Below are positions 1 through 11,836 of a DNA stretch of 64,000 bases, piece after piece. The DNA is from Trichoplax sp. H2 (lineage: Eukaryota): the NCBI GenBank assembly GCA_003344405.1, contig NOWV01000032.1, positions 310,001 to 374,000 of the forward strand, given 5' to 3'. The notes below the pieces were generated by a model. It was not told where the DNA came from, did not search any database, and worked only from the letters and a program-made list of their open reading frames with translations. Every line of letters begins with the position of its first letter. Within the stretch, counting starts at the first letter, position 1. The translations under genes and the position numbers were made by a program.

Positions 1-406
1 AAAATTTCATACGATCTATTCCATATTAGAGTTGATAGAAACCAATTACGAATCGATTTAATTATTAAAAAAGAGATACAGTATCAATAAACTTCAGTTA
101 TACACAATAATAGACTATGTGGCCATTAAGATCTAAATTTCTGATTCATATTACTGATGGTAGAACGAATATCATTCTATCCGTAATGGCACATGCACTA
201 CATTTAAATTAAGAGGCAGTCTGAAAAGGACTTGTACACCAAGTAAGTATTAAAGATATCCTTATAAAATTATTCTGTAATTTATATGATAAAGAATTGT
301 ATAGTATCATCCTTATAATATACTGGTTCTGCACATTCTTACGTAAGTAAGCCAATTTTAATATTAAATGAAGTAAAACCATTCTCAATTAATGCTACTT
401 CGCTAG

Positions 407-1085
407 GCTCTTTTCACTACATGAAAACACTGAATTTTGGTGCCGGTGCCCTTCCTTTTGATATTTTATCTTACAAGAGATTTGGTTCTACATATAGTTC
501 TGGTGCTTCCTATTTCATATCGAATCCTGGTTGTATTCCTATTTCCTATTCTGGCTTTTACAAAAGCAAAACCCATAGTTCACTCCACGGCGTAGTTTGG
601 CTAAATTTCACTATTGGCATCTCTGATTTGAGCGTCTTCAACGCTCCTAAATTTTGTAGAAGTACAAGAACTTTAAAATCAATGGAGGTAATGGATATTT
701 TATTTTAATATATCTGTAAGCATTAATAAAATGATTCGTACCAAATTCTACTGTACTATTTCAGGTAGTCATATAGCTATGCAGCAATTTAATATTATTT
801 GTAAATTGCTAGTTCCGATTAAGTATTAAGTATTAATATGATATTTGCTATATTATTCAGAACTTCGATATATGGGATTTCATTGCAAAAGATTTTGGCC
901 AAGAAACTAAAAATCCAGAAGAAATGTTTAACACCATGCACAAAGAAACTGAACAGGAAGAACGCAAGCCTGAAAATAAAGTAGAAATCAAACCAGAACG
1001 GAACGATGACTTTGATGGTAAGAAATTCCTTCGCGAAAATTTTGGTTTGGGAGACTTCGATTTTGAGGATAGCGACGACGAATGA
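407..1085 (+). CDS. 3' exons of an ependymin-related (EPDR family) protein, 5' part not resolved
   Basis: Exon 407-687 (ag|...GAG|gt) reads ...NPGCIPISYSG...WLNFTIGISDLSVFNAPKFC, matching the ependymin C-terminal signature (C-x-P ... N-x-T-x-GI-x-D-x-SVF-x-x-P-x-x-C). It splices in phase 0 to exon 861-1085 (NFDIWDFIAKDF...DFDFEDSDDE*). Confidence 0.72.
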
Positions 1086-4000
1086 ACATCGTGCCAGTGG
1101 AAAGCTCGATTTTGATTTAAATTAAGAGTAGAAAATAGTACGTTGCTAAAATTACACTGCTATATGGTGAATTTTACTTTAAGATTTCATTCCGTTTTCG
1201 ATGGTTTAATTACTGGTCTATACCAAATAATCACCTAGTCATAGCGTATATACTCGTAATAATAGGAAAGTTTAATTATCTAATCTAGTCTCTATGTTAA
1301 TCATTTCATGTCTGTTAATACTATATGATACTACATTAACTATATCAGGCTAGTAATTAAAGTATTCCAATCATTAAACTTCATCAATAAAGCAGATATT
1401 TTTAAAAGCGTGAAATTTTACTTTGGACTAATTACCTTCCAGTTAGTTCAACTGATACAATGTTATTGCTCTAGCTTCATTCCTGAGTAATCATAATGAA
1501 CTTCGGAAATAGATATATATATACCCACATATTAAGGTTTATTAACTCACAAATTTAGTGATGCATGACACCATCTGAACAATAGAAGTAAATAATTGAT
1601 TGCAAGTGTTGGATCTAAAAATTTTCAGCAAAATATCACACCCTATAGTCTTAGCAGATCCTTGGGGATTACAATATCATTTATTTTTTTTCTTTTATAA
1701 AGTAGGGTTAAATGCGCAAAGAGTGGAAACAGTAGCAATAATTCATACATAGGTCAATAGAATTTTATTTCTTCAATTGAACTGCTGGCCGTCTTAGCGC
1801 CTTAATACAGACGCATAGCATGGTAGCTATAGGATAGAGACGAATCAAATATAGTGCAAAAGAATTACAAAAGCATAGTACTTTATTTCAATTGAACTAA
1901 TAGAAAAATTTACGCCGTACAAAATAAATTTTCCGTAGTACTTTACTAAATAAATACCTTCACGAAATAATTACCAGTGAATTACAGTAGAATGTACTCG
2001 TCATATTTGTATATGGACATACTACCTAGTGTGTAACACTCTTCAAAAATCATTCTATTATGTTTATTTTCAATTTTTTATTACAGTGGACTTTCTGTAG
2101 CAAGATCTTAAAATTTCGTATTAATAGCTAATATCGTGCTAAGGTATTTTTATCTCTACAATCTTAAATACTCTTATGAAACATTTTATACTTGGCTATC
2201 ATTTGATATAGGAATTTACTTAGTGAATCATACCTTATTGCTTGGATTCTAAGCATAACTGCTTCCCTTGATAAATCATCTAAGTAAATCCAAGTTAAAT
2301 CACTGTTTCTGCATGCCCGCCTAGCTGTTACAAATGCACCCATTTTTACTGTTAGATAGTATTATTTTGTGTTATTTAAGCCAACAATAATTTAACTAAA
2401 GTAGGAGTATCGCACTGTATTAGAGAATTAGTAATTAATTCATCCATTATAGTACCACATTAGTAATGGCGACATTTATTGAATAGAGAATTAAATAATT
2501 GGTTGACGTCTCACAAAAGCTGCACTTCTATTTTCTTAGAAGAATCGGTCTTTGATGCGAACTGAAAAGTATAACAATTATCGCTGTTAGATAAACAAAC
2601 CTGTTGATAACAATCAAAAATTTAAATAAACTGGAGTTCATTCATTTTCCAACTTCAATCCGGCTCAGGATGTGACTGGATATGTATTATGATAATGATG
2701 GTGTTATTGGTGTATCACACGGTATCAATAAAATGAAATTCTAATAACGATCGTCAGCAATTAACTACAATACTGCTAAACATGTCCATTAGAATAGAAG
2801 AGTCAACCCAATCCAACATCAGTGGAGTTTGCTAATTACTTTGTTTAAACGGAAAGATTGCCTTAAAGTATAATTTGATTTCTACTAAAATTTATAAAAG
2901 ATATATTTGCAGATATCGTATTAACTAAAGCCTATAAAATTGTCTTAGTGTGGCAACTAGACCAACTCCTACTTAATTAAGCACGGTAATATGTATTATT
3001 AGTGGTAAAGGCTGAACTGAAGTACTCAAAATTATACGTAGATGTTAGGGTGTTACCTTACCGTAAGAATAGCTTAATATTACAGTAGTAGCTAATATAG
3101 TAAATATCGATAATTGTAGCGCTAGATAAGTAATGCCTTAATGCGAGTATTATTTGTGATTAGCTGTTACGTATTTAATATTGATTGCTATTGCGTGTAG
3201 GTTGTAGTAAGATAATTTAAGTTCTAGCTCACGATAGTTGATACGCCAATAATATTTAGAGTAGGACTACGTATGGATAATATATTAAAATTATTTAGTA
3301 ATAGGAAAAGTATCTTAGGATCTGTCTCAGTCATCAAAATAACTTAGATGTGAATGGGTAGTTTATGATAACATTTTGTTTTGGACTTTTTAGAAGTATG
3401 AACTACTACTTTAGGAATTATTATTGTTAGTAATAACCTAAGTTATTATGATATTATGATGATATAGTAATATGTTACAAGTAAGTATCGAGAACTAAGG
3501 AGCTTGACAGGGCTTACAGTCGAAGTGGATTTATACATGAAATTATTTATTACCTCAAATGTCTATATTTGATAATTCAATCGTAATAACATGTTTGTTA
3601 TTAAAATATGTTGATAGCATAGTAAATGTGTTTATAACCACTGAAAGAGTATATAAGAAGGACTGTGATCAATAAAAGGTGATTCAGGTTAAGGCTAAGT
3701 TGTGTAATAGTTTTATGCCGTATATTGTGGTAAGCGAGTTTATACTTCCAGTTACTACATCGTAGGCTAGGGAATTAGTTCTGCAGATTAAAGTAAAGTT
3801 TATTATAAATACTGTGTTGTTTTCTTGTGTCGCAAGAGTAGTTATGGCAGTACTGCGATCATTTTAGTCGGATATGCCATCCCTAATATGGTATAATAAC
3901 TAGACTATGCTTTTTTACAAGTTAGCCGGTTCCTATATGAACAGGACGAAATCGAGTAAGTGTTGTGACTGTGGCAATAAAAGTTCTGTCTTTACGACCC

Positions 4001-7000
4001 TTTGCTGTGCATTTGAGTCGGTAGTTTACTTATAGACTTTACTGTACGTTCCCTTGCCGTAGAGTCAATTTATGACAGTGTAATTTAAAACATTAATGCA
4101 CCTAATCTTATCGATCACGATTATTTAAAAGAGATATTATTAATTATCTAGCTTTATCTCTCCTGCTCTAAGAATATAATTTTGATAACTCGTATATTGA
4201 TATGTTAGTATCAAATATGGACCGATATAGACAGTAAACATTCACGTATTTCCACCGATAAGTTGCCGAGCAGATAATTAAGACCCGTAAATGTACTGTA
4301 TATGATAGCATTGTACGATTATCATGTACTTGGCGTATATACAGCAACTACGAGTATTTGGATGTTATGTAAGCATTTTAATCCTTGTCTATCGAAGCAT
4401 TTCCTTACTTATTTTCATAGCCTACATTGTCTATAAACCTTCACCAAGCTGTTATTCTTTACTCCGTTTTCTAACCTTATTAATACGTTACATGTTCTAT
4501 ATAGTACTTCAGGATAAGAAGTAATATCTATCTAATCTCTTTGATTATCATATGTGTCGATAATGCGGTGTAATTTTAATGCAAAGTCTTCAGTAACAGT
4601 CATTTAAGAGCTACGGTGGTCAGTGATGATTAATTCACTACTATAAAATCACAATGTATATTAGCAAACTCGCTAGATATAGTGATCGTTCATTTCGAAT
4701 GGGTTTTCGACCCATTCATGATAGCAACTTTATCTGATATGGTTAATGCATGGAGTACTAGAAATTTTTGTACTTCATAGTTAACGGTTTTGTACCGATA
4801 TAATACTGTATACTAATGCTATTCGTTGTACAGTAGCTGCCCAGTAGGCCTTTCGAAAGGCAATTCTTAGGTGTTTCAAAGGTACTGCTATATTTTTATT
4901 AGACCTTACGGTATATTAGGGTTATAATCCTTAGAAGCAACTCAAAGTAAGTGCTTTGCGTTAAACTAGTAAACTTTTAAGGAAGTACACGTAGTCCGTG
5001 ACAACACTCAAGACCGGCCGTAAAGTAGCGCAAGGTGAGTTTACTGTATTTAGTAAAAATGCTATCCTACACAAAACAAAAGCTAAAATGTCCGTACAAA
5101 TCCCATTGGAAGAAGACTAAGACAGTACTGCAGGCTAGTCTTAAGTGTGTAATAATGTCTTACTGTAGCATACGCGTATAATTCCATAAAAAACAACTTA
5201 ATTAATATTTAGGTTAAAAATTGAAGTGAATACTGTAATAAATATTTAGTACCTCATAGAGGTATGAAATGAAAATACTATACTTCGATCATATACAATT
5301 ACTGAGAGCCCTTAATGAGATTACTGACTCGTATTATTGGGAATTTACACCTAGTCTTTAGGGCTTGACCTAGAAGTAGTGTATGGTAGTTAACACTAGT
5401 TTGAATACTGATCAGTGAATAAATTGTACTAATATACCGGATGTTTGTTCTCCATAGTAATCAAGTAGTCATTGAATTGAAATACAGAAGAATACGCTTA
5501 TATAAGGGAATATACCAAGGTAGAACAACAACAAAGAAAACAAGCAAAGGAGAACAGTGACGGAAAGTCTGAGAAGTAGATGAAGAGTTACAGCTACAGT
5601 GCAGTTATGGCCGGTCGTATAATATACTGTACACTAGAGATGATGAGAGAGATGGGGTAATTCAGTTACTCAGGTTTGTTAAAATTGAAAAGTTGTTGCC
5701 AATTTTAATAAACTTTTGTCACGTCTCTATGTCAGATAAAAATAGATACGGATGGGTAGATAGAGCATAAGTAAATATTCAATTGGAGCTATCTAGATGC
5801 TGGATGATAGTGCGAACTTATTGTGATAGATTGATTATTCTTTGTAGTCGTTCCGTTGGAGCAAATGCAACTTACACCTAGAATAGCCGTTGGCCGAGTG
5901 ACCCAGTTATTACAGTCAATTTACGGTAGAATTCCTAAATTGACCTTATTCACCTCGATATCTTAGCCTTACGGTCTTGAAGTCAGTAAGATTTCGTCTT
6001 GTTCCGGTCACGAAGAAATAGGACGTTGTTATTAGGAAAGAGTAAGCATGGAAAGTACGCATACTTACTATACTTATTTCTGATTGGTGTATCATAATGA
6101 TACGTATTACAGTAAATCAGTACTCTATGCCTATTCAAGGAGGAACCAGAACCACTAAAACACTAAGCAGTCCTTGGAGAATTAGTAATTCTTAAATAGC
6201 TCCTAATATAATATTTTGTTTTCCTTATATGTAAACTGCTCGTTGAGATCACAAGATAATTACTGACGAAATCTTACATGCACAGCCCTAATAATTATAA
6301 TTTAAAATTCATATACTGTAAGTATTAAGAATTCTGGCTATTCCATTTCGCAATAACATGCTGTTTCTGATTTTATCATATTCAAAATAGTTTACTCATT
6401 AAACAGACCAATTGAGAACGCATTCATAAATTTAGCTTTAATTTCCTAATAACCAAATCTAACTGACAATATTTACAGTATAACATTATTATCAAATTCG
6501 ACACCTATTAATAATATGTGTCCGGTGGACTCCATGAAGAATAGTATTAGTACAGCATTGATGCTGTTACTAAAGAGCGGTATAACTTAGAGTATAGGAT
6601 ATAAGATAATTTTTCTAACATTTCGTATAAACAACTTGGACAATTCTATTTCGGAACTGGAATGGTAACTTCATTAATATTGCTATAACTATTAACCACC
6701 TTAGCGTGTACCGGTACTCAAGATTGTAGTGAGTGAAGTATGTAGTCTTATTCCGTAAACGCCTGCAAATACTAGGAAATAGTTAATTGATTAATTATAT
6801 TAATTATATTGACGTAACTTATAAATAAGCATGTAAGAGTATCACAAATTTACCATCGTCTTTTGCCGTTAACGACTCTTAAGATATTTAGCGTTTCTGT
6901 TCAGAATTGCTTGATACTGTGTACTGCATTCAGTAATAAGGTTTAACTATGATTTCATACTAAGGAATTTGCAATAGTTGCAATATGAACAAAATGCAAT

Positions 7001-7649
7001 AACCGTGTACCCTGACGTAAAGAAAAATTCTGAGATAAATTGATTTTAAAGTAGTTCAGTGCAATTTATGATTAAGAATTTCTAGCTCACCCAAATATCC
7101 CTGTAAGCATGAGGAAGTTAACATCGTGTAATATACTTACTTGTACGTGTACATTTGTTCTTTATTATCAAGGGCTAATTTCACATCTAGCTTTAAACGT
7201 AATGTGGTTAAAGACACACTATCATCATAAATACATTTTAAGTTACTATCCGAAGATCTAGAAACTTTATTTTTCAGTCGCTGGATAGATACTTAATGAT
7301 TATAAATTTTCTGTCTTGTACGAGTTGATTACTTATTTTTTATTGTATCTTACCAGTAGCTCTGTAAAGTAGCAGTCAATGTATTTGATGTAACGCATCG
7401 GAAGTGAATCTTTAAACTGCAATAGAGCTGTACTATTTGACCCTCAAAACAATGGTGATGCATAACGTCAGAGATTTACAAAGTTGCCGTACATTATATT
7501 AAGTAGGTAGTTGTAACGAAGTGACTTCTACTAACTAATTCTGATCTTATTTTCGTCAGATAATATACTTTAGTATTTGTTGAGAATACCGTTATCTATG
7601 GCGCTATACATTTCTTTTATAGATAATTGCATAATTTTATAATATTATC

Positions 7650-7895
7650 AATAGACTGATAAATAGTGTTTATGTGGATTTACTATAAATCGACTAATTT
7701 TTCGGTAAAGACTGGGTTTTATTTTACTCTAAGGGAGACTAGTGGTATTACTGTTTCTCCTGATGATCGGAGATCGTCAGTATTTATAACCGTGCTGTAG
7801 GTAGATGTTGTGGAGGACAAATTTGGCAATAGACTCTTAGTATTAGTTTGCTTACAGTAGTTTTAACTTTTCGTCATTACAAATTTCAATATGCA
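7650..7895 (+). repeat. Diverged inverted copy of STK19 intron 1 sequence (about 17395-17635)
   Basis: The ungapped core 7731-7782 matches the reverse complement of about 17518-17569 at 45 of 52 nt, with patchy similarity on both sides. Confidence 0.8.
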
Positions 7896-10846
7896 ATCGT
7901 GGTAGGAAATAGTAGCATGCAATATCCAAACAACAAGCAGTGTTCGTAGCATTACATACTGTACAGTAGTTGTGAATATAAAATAACTTACATGGTACTT
8001 ACCGTGTTTAGGGTCTTATGAAATTCAAAGCTTATTTCATACTACTTACAGTACACATGATATTAATTTTGTTATTATTCTAGCTGTTACATTTATAATA
8101 ATATTCATATTTTTGTTCTTTTACGTATCCTAGAAAATTTTACGTGCAAATTGTTATTGATTTCTGATAATTATAAGCAAACATTGACCAAAATAATTAT
8201 TTAAGATACTAATCATTAAAATCGCTCGCGTATTTCCTTGGAGGCCAATGCTAAGAAGAATTATCGTACAAGTTATTTTAAATTCCCAGATAACGTGAGC
8301 AAGCAGCAGTTATGCTTTTACGTAAATTATTCTTTACATTCATTTTTTTCTTCCGACCTCTATAATATATAATTATATACGTATCTCATGCTGGTACTGA
8401 TCTGATACCAGTATTGTACAATAGCTCTCTAGCGAGGCTACAAATTGCGATGCAACCACTACGGATACAAATAATCATACAATAATATACTCTATAATAA
8501 GAGGTACTAACAATCTGTAATTGTCAAAAGTGCTTCATAAGGGATATATTAAATTGAACATTAAAGCTTAACGAAATTGTTGGTAACTATAGAATAAAAA
8601 TCGTCACAGTACAATTTTGTGAGTTGATTGTAACTTACGTTAAGTTACGTTAAACAGAGTATCTGATATTTAGATTGGCCTGGATAGACATTATACCTTA
8701 AACTTCCCAATACGAGGATTTTGTTTATTTGCAGGTATTCTGTATCTATGACGTTACAATGAAAGATTAACAATGTAGTTTGCGCATTGTTATGTATTGG
8801 CTGAGTAATATCTTACCATTAATACTATCCTTACTGTCTTTCTATACATTACACACATCACACTACCGTATACCTACGCAGTAATTTAGTACACATATGC
8901 TATAAATTTCGACCTATAATTGCATATGTCTGAAAGATCATTACTGAACTGTTCTGAGTAAGATATTACGATTTTCGTTATTAACATATAAAAATAGTTT
9001 GGATAGAAAAGGGAATTAAGTTTACTAAAGTTACCATAGGAATTAGTTAAAAGATATTTATTTACTGAATATTTTATTCGTTAGTATTATCAGAACTCAT
9101 CCACACGGCATGGTGTACTGGTTCGTCTGCTGGTATAAATTAATTACAATATAGCCACATTAATTAAACACATTATCTGGTCTCTTTACTTGCAGAACTA
9201 CTTTATTTATTATATATTTCTGAATATCATTTCAATTTTCTAGGCGATTCTATTTCTCATAGTCAATAATTCTATTAATGTATTATTCCTTCCTAAGTAA
9301 TTTGTACCTACAAAATATGGTAATATCGTAAAAAAATTTTAATATATGGCAATCATTGTCACAGATAATTAATAGTAGATTATAGCAATATGTCAAAGAT
9401 GGGAAATCTCTCTCGAAAAGAATAGGTTTGAAATTATTTAGTAATTACATTAGCGTCGAACCTGTCTCTTTATAAATTACAGTAGATTAAATTATGGGTG
9501 GTAATGATTTAAGATACTATCAACCGAAATAAATAATATCAATCAAGATTCAGAACGCTGCTGTTATAAATTTAATACATAATTTACCACATTTCCTCTT
9601 ATTAATAATTATTGTGAAGGATTTATTAATTAATTATGATTCGTCTAGAATTTATAATTTATCAATAGTACATATTAATGTAATGGACTATAATGCTTAT
9701 AACCTTCATGTATCGATATCCGTTACCATTAAGAGAATTTTCAGGATAAGCATATATATACACTAATCTCATAATTAAATCAAAATTTATACAAAAATAT
9801 ATTTGCTGCACACATTTTTATAACCATTACGCTGCTTTCAGATCAAATTTTGCATATATAACAATTCGTGTTATCGGATTTGGTGAGAATAGATACACTG
9901 TAGTTAGCATATGAGTACGACTTCGTACTCGTGATCTGTGCAAATCCCATATATTGCTACTAGCCTGTATTAAATTCTGAATTTATTTTTTGATAATAAA
10001 GCTACTGTATAACTCATTTTCAATCAATAAAATTTGTATATCTATTAAGCTCACTCTTATTGCAGTAAGTTCTATGATTATTTCATTAGGGAGTACTACA
10101 GCACAATATCGTATTGGGTACAATATAAAGTTATTAAAAAACTGTGCCACGTAACTATGCAACTGTGAAAATCTGTACTGATCAGTCTATAAGATAGCAG
10201 TAAATTCTCATTACTCTATTTCAATGCCGATTCCATGAACAGGCATAATTTTTGTACTATGATATTTTGGCATAAATTTAATGCTTACAAGACTGTATTA
10301 GTACTTACTGTATCAAATCAACTGTTTTCACGTGTTTTTACTTAGTGCTTCCTGTTAATAATTACGATATAACGGTAGCTGATACATTTACACTTATAGC
10401 AGTTCTTTACTTACTTTACTGTAGTAGTATAACTGGCGATATAAAACAAAAAACTCATAAGATGCACCTTTGTTATCTTTATTCGACTGAATTAATGATG
10501 TTGACTTTTCATACAAAGACTGATTAGCATGACTATAGAATAAGGGTGTAATCAGGTTATGAGCTTTCGAGGTTTATTATTAAAATCAAGGTCATGACTT
10601 TAATAATTCAATTTTAGTTGCTATTAAGATAATATAGCTCTTATTATTACTGATGATCGACAATATGCCCATATGTTCATATTTAGATTAAAACAAAAAG
10701 CCTTCTTCGGTACTTTGTCAAAACAAGAACTAAAGAATCTTCGTCCCTGTGTCATTTACATACCATAGTTTCGTCGACCAAATCAAAATTTTGACGATAA
10801 TTGAAAGTTGCTGCCCAAAGTTTATTATTGAGATCTGAAATTAGCC

Positions 10847-11836
10847 ATGGCCTATATCTTTTTAGCTATTGTAGGGGGCTTTGGTGCTACTTTATGTCTT
10901 GCTATAGCGATTTTCACACTAAGTAGGCGTAAGTTACGATCACCAAATTTTGCATCCTTTTTAAGTTTGTGTATTAACGGTATATTCTTTGGAAGCTTGT
11001 ATTTAATACCAAGATATGCCTCAGATTTTTCCCGTAATACTGCTATAATTTGCCACATACTACCACGGCTAGGTCAAGCACTTTTGCTTAATGTTGGTCT
11101 TCATGTTTCTATTATGACAATTGAACGGTACATCGCTATCGTTTACCCGTTTAGATACGAACGACTTTTTACTCGTACAGTAGTCGTAATTGTTATTTTC
11201 TTTTTATGGTTTCTTGTTGTTGGTTTACAACTAATTGTTAGTGGAATTGAATATGCTCAAATCAATCGGACTATCGTCGACAAGTGTGCCTACAGTAGAG
11301 GATTCGGGAATACTAGCAACCTCATAAATGCTGGTTTTACCGTTGCACTAAGCTGTTTGACATTTATCGTTTTAGTTTACGTTTATGCACGTGTATTAAT
11401 CATAATATCACATCACCATCGGAAGATTCGTCGACATCTTACTCCATCAGACGCCGATAGTAATGTAGTTAGAACTCGTAAAAAGGCAATTTTACAAGCT
11501 GGTCTACTATTCGGAGTCTATCTGGTCTTTTTTTTGCCCTTTATTCTCGTTACCGTTCTTTTGCCAAGCTTGCCATTCAGTATGTCACTATTTGATTTTT
11601 ATGTACATGTTCTACGAAATATGGCATTTGTTTTTCCGTTCATTCAACCTTTGCTGTATTTAATATTTACAGCAAATATTCGTAAAGAATTAAAGCATGT
11701 TTTATGTAGCAGTAGCCTGAAAAGCGCAATTCTTGTTAGTAACTCTAATACCGCCTTCGTTACTATTGAAAAAACTAGCATTAACCAATATGCGACAAGG
11801 TCTGGTCTTCTCCAGAGTACTCAAACTCAAATATAA
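10847..11836 (+). CDS. Intronless rhodopsin-like (class A) GPCR, orphan
   Basis: 329 aa ORF with Kozak-like gccATGG, seven hydrophobic segments, TM3 Cys and ERYIAIVYP, TM4 Trp, TM6 FFLPF and TM7 QPLLY followed by helix 8. Confidence 0.93.
   Translation: MAYIFLAIVGGFGATLCLAIAIFTLSRRKLRSPNFASFLSLCINGIFFGSLYLIPRYASDFSRNTAIICHILPRLGQALLLNVGLHVSIMTIERYIAIVYPFRYERLFTRTVVVIVIFFLWFLVVGLQLIVSGIEYAQINRTIVDKCAYSRGFGNTSNLINAGFTVALSCLTFIVLVYVYARVLIIISHHHRKIRRHLTPSDADSNVVRTRKKAILQAGLLFGVYLVFFLPFILVTVLLPSLPFSMSLFDFYVHVLRNMAFVFPFIQPLLYLIFTANIRKELKHVLCSSSLKSAILVSNSNTAFVTIEKTSINQYATRSGLLQSTQTQI

Noticed and set aside
10847..11836. GPCR as an opsin
   Set aside because: No Lys at the TM7 retinal-binding position; counting back from QP gives Phe.
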